From assembly GCA_048938005.1 (NCBI GenBank), contig JBHLMQ010000055.1:1-20389 (forward strand): a stretch of DNA of 20,389 bases, read 5' to 3'. This stretch comes from Promethearchaeota archaeon (GTDB lineage Archaea > Asgardarchaeota > Lokiarchaeia > Sigyniarchaeales > SOKP01). The position numbers and the translations under genes were made by a program. Below the pieces are notes generated by a model that did not search any database, was not told the origin of the DNA, and worked only from the letters and a program-made list of their open reading frames with translations. This document shows positions 8,319-16,900 of the stretch, piece by piece (the first letter of the stretch is position 1; each line of letters starts with the position of its first letter).

Positions 8319-8822
8319 TTAAATAAGTTTATTAAATAATTTTTGAACTTCTTCTACTTCTTCTCTTAGTGATTCAATACCTTTATTCAAAATATCTTTA
8401 ATTTTAAATTTTTTTGAATTTTCCACACGTATAAAGATTTTTGGTGGTTCTATACCTGCGGATACTTTATAAGCAGCTATATTTACGCCTTCTATTTCTA
8501 ATAAATGTTTAACAAGGATATTACAGAATCCATGTGACTGACCTTCAACTATTAATTCATAATCATTTTCTCCTTGACCTTTAATTAATCTTAGATTAAG
8601 GTATTTATAGTCAGGAAATCTAGCCTCTTCTTCTAGTTCAAATTCTAATTCTTCCTCTTCAATTGTCTCATCAGCTGATTGAAGTAATGATTCAACTTCC
8701 TCTTTTTCTTCTAACTTTGGGTAAATATTCTCAATTTCTTCATCGTCTAAAAATTCATCCCCCAATTCATCAAGTTCATCTTTATCCTTATCTTCTGTCT
8801 TAACTGCTTTTTTTTTTGCCAT
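8319..8822 (-). CDS. rpoL: DNA-directed RNA polymerase subunit L (Rpo11) with acidic N-terminal extension
   Basis: The C-terminal ~95 aa 'YELIVEGQSHGFCNILVKHLLEIEGVNIAAYKV...PKIFIRV...ILNKGIESL' match the RpoL/Rpb11 pattern. Located downstream of csl4. AGGAG lies 8 nt before ATG 8822. Confidence 0.85.
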   Translation of the reverse strand: MAKKKAVKTEDKDKDELDELGDEFLDDEEIENIYPKLEEKEEVESLLQSADETIEEEELEFELEEEARFPDYKYLNLRLIKGQGENDYELIVEGQSHGFCNILVKHLLEIEGVNIAAYKVSAGIEPPKIFIRVENSKKFKIKDILNKGIESLREEVEEVQKLFNKLI

Positions 8823-8918
8823 TATTATAACTCCTATTGAATAGGATTAGATAATCTTAATAAAGAATATACAAAATAAAATAAATTTTTTATGGTTTTA
8901 TACAAAAAATCTGATTTC

Positions 8919-9137
8919 TCACAAATAGCGATTTGCTAAATCTTTTAATCTTTCGGTAGCTAAATATTGAAGATCCTTTGAACCAAAAAGCGTGACCTTT
9001 ATGCTCTTTCCCTCAACAGAAACATTTAGATTGAGATAATTCACTTTTTTCTGAACATTTTCAAGAAATTTAATTACATTGTCCAATGAACCACTATTAT
9101 TATAGAAATGAATTACTTTTTTCCCAACTTTTCTCAA
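8919..9137 (-). CDS. Small protein resembling the N-terminal domain of the DUF2067 family
   Basis: 72 aa, TTG start. Alpha/beta pattern 'KKVIHF...IKFLENVQK...LNVSVEGKSIKVTLFGSKD...ERLKDL'. Position between csl4 and rpoL matches where I recall DUF2067 in other archaea. Confidence 0.55.
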   Translation of the reverse strand: MRKVGKKVIHFYNNSGSLDNVIKFLENVQKKVNYLNLNVSVEGKSIKVTLFGSKDLQYLATERLKDLANRYL

Positions 9138-9174
9138 TGAAAGACACTTCTTATTACAGTAATAAAAAATAGAA

Positions 9175-9786
9175 TTAAAATCTTAAATTATTTGTTACAT
9201 TTCCATAATCATCAGCTAGCTTTCTTGTTTCTTTGTTTCCACATCTATTACATAGCAGTTTATTATACCCAATTTTAGTAAGCGAGTCTCCACAGATTAC
9301 ACAATCGGCATAAATAACTCCAAGGTGTTTACTAGCAGTACTTAATTTATATTCATTATAATCCTGTTCTAATACTCGAGCGCGTATTATATCTGTTATT
9401 TGAAAAGCGTCATGGATTTTATCTACATATCTATCTGAAATCTGCGATACATGAATATTCCCAAAATAACTTGAATTAAAATGTATTTTGTTATTAATTG
9501 TAAAAAAGTTAATTCCAACAGAATATTGGCGCAGGAAAAGAATAGATCCAATAACAATATCTCCAATTTTAACAATCTTACGATCTTTTTCTTGATGTGT
9601 ACTGATTTCAATTTTTCTTTCGGTCTTATTAATAGTAATTAAACCTGTTTTACTCGCAAAAATTTGTCCATCTTTAGTAAATGTGGATTGTTTATCAGGA
9701 AGGAATTCCTCAACCACTCCAATATAATCACCAGTTAAAACAATATCATTATCATTTAGAGATTTCTTACTCAAGGATATCAACAA
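9175..9786 (-). CDS. csl4: Exosome complex RNA-binding protein Csl4
   Basis: VLTGDYIGVVEEFLP N-domain, S1 domain (GNIHVSQIS...FQITDIIRARV) and Zn ribbon CVICG...CNRCGNKETRKLA. Several in-frame TTG starts (9786/9783/9774). Confidence 0.95.
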   Translation of the reverse strand: MLISLSKKSLNDNDIVLTGDYIGVVEEFLPDKQSTFTKDGQIFASKTGLITINKTERKIEISTHQEKDRKIVKIGDIVIGSILFLRQYSVGINFFTINNKIHFNSSYFGNIHVSQISDRYVDKIHDAFQITDIIRARVLEQDYNEYKLSTASKHLGVIYADCVICGDSLTKIGYNKLLCNRCGNKETRKLADDYGNVTNNLRF

Positions 9787-9888
9787 TAGTTTTTTAATTT
9801 CTTAAACTCTTTCTAATTTAAGTAAATATTATTAAATAAGATAATTAAATTTGATGTATTAATCTTAAAAGAGTAAACATTTTTTCGG

Positions 9889-10542
9889 ATGAAAATTAAT
9901 AAAAAAGAATTAATTTCTATTATTCAAAACACCAAAACATTTACACATCCTAAAATAGAATTAGAACAATATTGTATTGATGCTTCCTGTGCTGTAGATA
10001 TTATTTTTTACGCAGGTTTTGAATTTAATGATATAAATAAAGCTATTGTAATTGATATGGGCGCCGGAACGGGAAGATTATCCATCGCAAGCGCTTTTTT
10101 TAACGCTAAATACGTTCTAAGTGTTGATATTGATATGTCTGCTTTAAACATTTTAAGAAAAAATCTTCTTACTCTTGACTTGGCCCAAATTATTTTCCCA
10201 GTATGTGCCGATATTGAATATTTTGAAATTTCAAAAAGATTATTACCTAAAAATATGAAAATAACAACAATTATGAATCCTCCATTTGGAGTACAAACCA
10301 AATTTGCTGATAGAGTTTTTTTAGATAAAGCATTTTCTTTTTCAGACATTATTTACTCTATTCATTTAGCCAATTTAGAGGTCCAAAAATTCATTTTTAA
10401 TTATGTTAAAAAATTTAATTGGAAAATCGATAATGTACTTCCATTTAATATGATTCTAGAAAAGACATTTCCCTTTCATACAAAAAAAACCAAAAAAGTT
10501 AATGTTCATGTATATAGATTTGTTAGAAAAATAATAAAATAA
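9889..10542 (+). CDS. METTL5-family N6-adenine RNA methyltransferase
   Basis: PKIELEQY, SAM-binding DMGAGTGRL, catalytic NPPFG, IYSIH and FPFHTKK. Divergent from csl4. Confidence 0.9.
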   Translation: MKINKKELISIIQNTKTFTHPKIELEQYCIDASCAVDIIFYAGFEFNDINKAIVIDMGAGTGRLSIASAFFNAKYVLSVDIDMSALNILRKNLLTLDLAQIIFPVCADIEYFEISKRLLPKNMKITTIMNPPFGVQTKFADRVFLDKAFSFSDIIYSIHLANLEVQKFIFNYVKKFNWKIDNVLPFNMILEKTFPFHTKKTKKVNVHVYRFVRKIIK

Positions 10543-10566
10543 ATTAAGATATTTAAAAAGTTAGAA

Positions 10567-11871
10567 TTATTGAAAATCTTTCCAGGAATCTAGTTTTTTA
10601 GGATATTTTGCGTTTTCACCTAACATTTCTTCTATTCTTAGCAACTGATTGTACTTACAATTTCTATCTGATCTACAAGTAGCCCCAGTCTTGATTTGAC
10701 CCGTACAGAGACCAACTGCTAAATCTGCTATAAACGTGTCTTCAGTTTCACCAGAACGATGTGAAACCATTACATTAAATCCATTATTGAAGGACACTTT
10801 CGCAGCCTGTATAGCTTCAGTTAAAGAGCCTATTTGATTCACCTTTAGTAATAATGCATTTCCCGCTTTTTCTTTTATCGCTCTTTCGAGAATTCCAATA
10901 TTTGTTACCGTTAAATCATCATCAACAATCTGAATAGACTTATCAACTTTTGCGGACAAATTGGCAAAATTTCTAAAATCTTTCTCATCAAAAGGGTCTT
11001 CAATAGATTTGAAAGGATATTCATGTATAAGATCCATGTAATACTCTAATAATTCATCTACTGCTAATTTTTTGCCATCAATATTATATAAACCATCTTC
11101 AAAAAATTCACTTGCAGCAGCATCCATACCCAGAACAAAATCTGTACCCATTAGAAAGCCAGCAGTTTCAATTGCTTCAATTATTACATCTATAGCTTCT
11201 GATGTTAAAGATAAATTCGGAGCAAATCCTCCTTCATCACCCACATTAATCGCAGAGGGACCATATTTCTTTAATAGTAATTTCTTCAAAGTTTGATAGA
11301 CCTCAACAACATTTTGAACAGCTTGAGAGAACGAATCTGCGCCAATAGGTAAAATCATAAATTCTTGTATTGATAAATTATTACCTGCATGTTTACCTCC
11401 ATTTATGATGTTGCAACACGGAATTGGAAGTAAATAATTATCTCTTGTCTTGTTATATGCTAAATTATAGATATAAGCGAAAAGGGGTATATCAGATAAT
11501 TGAGATGCTAATTTAGTAACTGCCAATGATACAGATAGGATCGCGTTAGCTCCCAAATTGCTTTTATTTTCTGTACCATCAATAGAAATCATCTCATTAT
11601 CAATTATACTCTGTTCTCTAACATCAAATCCTATTAACTTTTTTCCTAATATTTCATTAACATTATCAACTGCTTTTAATACATGTTTTCCCATAAAAGC
11701 TTTTTCCCCATCACGTAGCTCAAGCGCTTCTGATACTCCTGTTGATGCACCAGAAGGAACAGAAGCTCTTGAGTAATATGTTCCCGCAAAAACATCTGAT
11801 TCAACAGTAGGATTTCCCCGTGAATCTAAAATCCATCTAGATTTAATCTTAGTAATTTTAAAATCAGTCAT
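10567..11871 (-). CDS. eno: Enolase (phosphopyruvate hydratase)
   Basis: [87 protein letters not shown]. Confidence 0.98.
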   Translation of the reverse strand: MTDFKITKIKSRWILDSRGNPTVESDVFAGTYYSRASVPSGASTGVSEALELRDGEKAFMGKHVLKAVDNVNEILGKKLIGFDVREQSIIDNEMISIDGTENKSNLGANAILSVSLAVTKLASQLSDIPLFAYIYNLAYNKTRDNYLLPIPCCNIINGGKHAGNNLSIQEFMILPIGADSFSQAVQNVVEVYQTLKKLLLKKYGPSAINVGDEGGFAPNLSLTSEAIDVIIEAIETAGFLMGTDFVLGMDAAASEFFEDGLYNIDGKKLAVDELLEYYMDLIHEYPFKSIEDPFDEKDFRNFANLSAKVDKSIQIVDDDLTVTNIGILERAIKEKAGNALLLKVNQIGSLTEAIQAAKVSFNNGFNVMVSHRSGETEDTFIADLAVGLCTGQIKTGATCRSDRNCKYNQLLRIEEMLGENAKYPKKLDSWKDFQ

Positions 11872-11973
11872 ATAAATCTTAATGTTTTTTTAATTGATAT
11901 GAATATTAATAAAGAATTAAGAAAATTTAATTCTTAATATAATAATATAAAATTTAAATCATACCTAAATAGC

Positions 11974-12945
11974 ATGTCTTTTGAGACTAGACCTTGGGTT
12001 GAAAAATATCGACCAAGAGTCCTTAATGAAGTGATAAATCAGAATGGAATCATAAAGCGCTTAAAGCAATTTGTAAAAGATAAATCTATGCCTCATCTCA
12101 TTTTCGCTGGTCCTGCAGGAACAGGAAAAACAACCTCAGCATTAGCAATGGTCAGAGAATTATACGGACGAAAGATGGCAATCAATAGAACTTATTTGGA
12201 ATTAAATGCCAGCGATGCTCGTGGTATTGATGTTATCAGAACTTATGTTAAAGATTTTGCGAAAGCACGACCTCCAATAGATATTCCCTTCAAGGTGCTA
12301 ATTCTAGATGAAGCTGATAATATGACGGCTCCTGCTCAACAAGCTTTAAGGAGAACCATGGAAAAATATACAAGAAACTGTCGGATGATTTTAATTTGCA
12401 ATTATTCTAATAAAATAATTCCTCCGATTCAATCAAGGTGCGTTGTATTTAGGTTTGCTTCATTAAATAATGATGATATTAAAAGTAGTGTAAAATACAT
12501 AGCAAAACAAGAAAATATTACTTTAACACCTGGAGGTTTAAGTGCTATTGTAGATGTTTCTAGAGGTGATTGTAGACGAGCAATAAATTATTTACAATCT
12601 TGTGGTACTATTTCTAAAAAGATCGATCAAGAGATTGTATTTCGAGTAGCTGGAGAGGTTCCTCCTGAAAAAATAAAAGAAATCTTAAACACAGCATTAG
12701 ACGGGCAATTACAATTGTCTATAAAACTTTTAAATGATTTAATAAGAGAATATGGTCTTTCAGGGCAAAATATTATAAAAAATCTACATAGGGAAATTTA
12801 TGATTTGAAAATTCAAGAAGATCTTAAAATTGAATTATCTAAACTTCTAGCTGAATTTGAATATAGATTAAGTCAAGGTGGAACAGAAGAAATTCAGCTT
12901 CAAGCATTACTAGCTAAAATTGTATTGTTGCAAAGTTCTGAATAA
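11974..12945 (+). CDS. rfcS: Replication factor C small subunit
   Basis: PWVEKYRP, Walker A GPAGTGKTT, ELNASDARG, LDEAD, AQQALRRTME, SRC motif. No intein. Confidence 0.97.
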   Translation: MSFETRPWVEKYRPRVLNEVINQNGIIKRLKQFVKDKSMPHLIFAGPAGTGKTTSALAMVRELYGRKMAINRTYLELNASDARGIDVIRTYVKDFAKARPPIDIPFKVLILDEADNMTAPAQQALRRTMEKYTRNCRMILICNYSNKIIPPIQSRCVVFRFASLNNDDIKSSVKYIAKQENITLTPGGLSAIVDVSRGDCRRAINYLQSCGTISKKIDQEIVFRVAGEVPPEKIKEILNTALDGQLQLSIKLLNDLIREYGLSGQNIIKNLHREIYDLKIQEDLKIELSKLLAEFEYRLSQGGTEEIQLQALLAKIVLLQSSE

Positions 12946-13764
12946 TTGATGTTTTAGACCACAGTAAAACTCTTTTTCTTGAAAGAAAACATTCATTCTC
13001 TCCTTGGATTTTGGATCTTCTTCAAATTTAACATTATCGTCAAATTTAATATCCCATAAGATTAAACCCTTCGGATCTGCCGGTTGATAAGAAAAAACTT
13101 TTGAACTGTCAAATATCTCTAAGAAATCATCATAGCTAATTTCATTTATTCCTAATTCCATAACTTTTTTAACCATACGTCGGACTTGTTGTCGTAAAAA
13201 CGCTTTACTCTTAAAATGGAAAAATAAATAATTATTACTTATCGATAGTGTTACAGAATCCATATTTCTTATGGTATTTATATCATCTTTTTCTTTTTTT
13301 GAGAAATTCACAAAATCATGTCGACCTTCTAATTGCTTACATGCTTGTTGCATTAGTTTAACATCCATATTAGTAGTATTTCGAAGATGAGAAAGAGGTA
13401 TAGGAACAATATATACATAATGACGCATAATAGCATTGTATCTAGTAGAAAAATCTAGCGGTACTTTTGCACAAGCCCAAATACCAATTTCTTTTGGTAA
13501 TAAACTATTAATTTCCATTAATATAGGTTTTTTTTCTGAGTTACATGCGAAACAAGCTCCTCGAGCTGATACGAATCTATCAGTTCTGCTTGCAAATTCT
13601 AATCCCAAATTTTCAGCTTTGTTAATATATTCTTTTTCATTTAACGCCTCTAAAAGACAACCTTCAATTGTTAAAAAATCGCGTTGTCTTTGGGATCCAT
13701 AATATTTTTTCTTTCCAATGTAATACACTTTAAAGAGATATTTATTTTTCTTCATAGACATCAT
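12910..13764 (-). CDS. truA: tRNA pseudouridine(38-40) synthase TruA
   Basis: YYGSQRQ, ASRTDRFVSA (catalytic Asp), RHYVY, GRHDFVNFS, AFLRQQVRRMV, ADPKGLILWD. The likely start is one of the ATGs at 13764/13761/13755 rather than TTG 13818. The 3' end overlaps rfcS by 36 nt. Confidence 0.92.
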   Translation of the reverse strand: MMSMKKNKYLFKVYYIGKKKYYGSQRQRDFLTIEGCLLEALNEKEYINKAENLGLEFASRTDRFVSARGACFACNSEKKPILMEINSLLPKEIGIWACAKVPLDFSTRYNAIMRHYVYIVPIPLSHLRNTTNMDVKLMQQACKQLEGRHDFVNFSKKEKDDINTIRNMDSVTLSISNNYLFFHFKSKAFLRQQVRRMVKKVMELGINEISYDDFLEIFDSSKVFSYQPADPKGLILWDIKFDDNVKFEEDPKSKERMNVFFQEKEFYCGLKHQLFRTLQQYNFS

Positions 13765-13964
13765 CCTTTCTAATTTTTCTGATTGAATATAAATTATAGA
13801 ACATCCTATTCTTTCCAAACCTCAAAAACTATTTTCATATTATTTTGAATTTTACAAAATGTTAGATTAAAGAAAAAGATTTTAATCTTAAGGAATTTTT
13901 TTATATTCTAAATTTAATTATGGTTATTAAAACTATTTCGTTATATAATTTCGAATGAAAAATT

Positions 13965-16900
13965 ATGGTAAAGATCGTCGCTTCATTAAGAAATTTCCGT
14001 GATCGCATCAGAACATCGATATCAGTGAAAACTAGTAATATTTTATTTTTTATAGCATTAATACTGGTCGTAGTTCTAGCTATTGTTATAAGATGTAGCC
14101 CACTTATAAGAGGAAACCTTCTGATTAAAGCTTTTGACCCCTGGATCCAATGGTATAATGCAGATTACCTGAATGAGCACACTCTTTTTGAATATTTTAA
14201 TTGGTATGATACAAAAAGTTGGTTTCCTACCGGTATTTACCGAGGAGGAGTACGACCAGGATTAACTTTTACTGTCGTAATTATATACAAAATTCTTAAC
14301 TTTCTTGGTTTACCTGTATCATTATATCAAATTTGCTTCTTTTTCCCGGCATTTATGGGAGGAGTTACTGTATTAGTAATGTACTTTCTAGGAAAGGAAG
14401 TTTTTAATCGTGCGACTGGTTTATTTGCTGCTTTCTTTTTAGCTTTCAATCCAGGGTATTTGCAACGTACTACCGCAGGTTTTTTCGATAATGAAACGAT
14501 TGGAGTATTTGCAACTTTAATGACATTTTTATTTTACTTGAAGGCAGCTAGAACTGGAAAATTTACCTATTCAGTAATTGGCGGGTTGTCTTTAGGGTAT
14601 TTATCATTAAGTTGGGGAGGCTATCAATTTGTTTTTTTAATAATACCTATTATTAGTATAATATTAATTTTAACGAATAAGTACAATGAAAATCTATTAA
14701 TTTCTTATGCTGGAGTTCAAGGGACTGGTCTATTCGTATTTTCATTATATATATTATTTAAACATGAAAGATTATTCACAGATTTGGAAATTGGTGGAGT
14801 ATTTCTTTTTACAATTATTTTTCTAATTTTTCACATTATACATACGAAAAAAAGTGAATATCCAAACTTTTATGATCGTTTAATAAAAATAATAAAATGG
14901 GTTCTTATTCCTGGAATATTAATTTTTGGATTAATAATTTGGGTTGCTCCTGAAATTATACCGTTTGGTTTTGGAGCGAGATTTCTTACAATTCTCAGTC
15001 CTCTATTTCGTGAACAAATATCACTTGTAGCTTCAGTTGCAGAGCAAATGCCCAGTGCATGGAGTGTATTTTATTATGATACCTTGATTCCATTATTACT
15101 GGTACCCTTAGGAATATATTTTTGCTTTAGGAGACTGAATGCTGCTGATATCTTTTTAATTGCATTCGTAATATTAATGTATTATTTTACAGGAAGTATG
15201 ATTCGTATAATTTTAATATTTGCTCCTGCCGCGGCATTAATTGGAGCATATGGATTAGTGAATATTTTAAAAATTTTCGGTAGTTTTATAGGAGAGAGAA
15301 AAATTAGTGTAAGCAGAAAGAGGAGAAGACAACTAAAAGGAACCTTAGGAAACTCAGAAGTTTTTGCCGTCTTTTTTGTTGTAGGTTTCCTATGTATTTC
15401 TCAAGTTGTTCATGCGACTGATATTGCTGTTGATCAAATGTCGTACGGACAAATGGCACCTCTTCAAGGTCAAGTTCACGATTGGGAAGAAACCTTATCT
15501 TGGATGAAAGCTAATTTAAAAGGAACGGATGTTGTGGTTTCCTGGTGGGATTATGGATATTGGCTTACTCCCGTTGGAAATGTGACAACAGTTAATGATA
15601 ACGCTACTTTGAATCGGACTAGAATAGGCTTAACTGGTATGGCGTTAATGCAAACTAATGAAATATACAGTGCGAAAGCATTTCGTAGGTTAAAGGCTGA
15701 TTATGTTTTAGTATTTTTTGGGTTTCTAATTAATGGACTAGGTGGCGATGAGGGTAAGTGGCCATGGATGGTAAGAATTTGCAATGATCAATATGCAAAA
15801 TATTTAAAAATGGGATGGCGTGAGGATAATTGGGCAGAAAATTCAGTTTTCGACTATAGTGAATATCAAAATGAAACCACGGGACGTCTGGGAAATAAAT
15901 GGTTTCAAAGCACATTAGCCAAGTTAATGTTTTGGGGAGAACGAACTGATCCTAATGATCAGGCCCATAATGATTTAAGCCAATATTACGCTAATCAGAT
16001 AAGTGATAGAGTAACTCAAGAAGGTGAATTATGGGCTGAAGAGATACCTTTTAATGGAAGATATGATTCTCAAGTGTTTGTTAAAGAATATTTCTCTAAG
16101 CTAGGGCTGGTAAAGTTATTTAGAGTGGATTACACTGTATTAGACTCCAGTTTTATTATTAAAAATGCAGAAGTTTTTGACAGTGGATATGCAACCTTTA
16201 AATTAAAAAATACTGGTACAAAGGATTTATTTATCGACGCAGTAGAAATCAACGGAGTAGATTATGATTTTGTAATGAGTAGTGTAAATAATACAGTAGT
16301 GCAAGGTACTGATTCTCTAGTTTGGGTGGATATAAAATCAAAAGGAACAACCTTCAATCAAGATGATGTTGTGTCTATAAACGTAACAGCCCAATCAGAA
16401 GCCTTATACGGGAGAACATATGAGTTTACGAATGCAACCAGCAACTTTTTTGTTAAGAAGGCCGTTCAAGGAGAAATTAAAATCAATAAGGAAAATAGCA
16501 AAGTTATTCAAGTTAATCCTTCTATTTTTGATGTATACCTTGAAGTGGAAAATATTGGAGATACTATTACAGTTTTAGATAGATTTTATGTAAATAATGA
16601 TACGATAGAAAATAGATTTAATTCAGAAACCATTAAATACTTAAATGGTTCTGCTATCCTTGAACCAGGACAAAAAGCAAATGTTTATCTACCAAACGCA
16701 CCAGCAAGTTTTTCCCTTGCTGTTCCCCCAGATTATATCCCAGAGTATAATAAGATTGGAGTAGCCACTCCAAACAATATATATGATGAAATATTATTCA
16801 CTTCAAATGTTGAAAATTTTTCTCTTTCAATATTAAGCGAAGAACGAATTCTATCTCCTGAATTATTGGCATCCCTTAATGGAAATTTTAGAAAACACAT

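Noticed and set aside
10640-10930. Enolase variants DDDLTVTN and [11 protein letters not shown]
   Set aside because: All catalytic and metal-binding residues are retained, so this looks like ordinary divergence.
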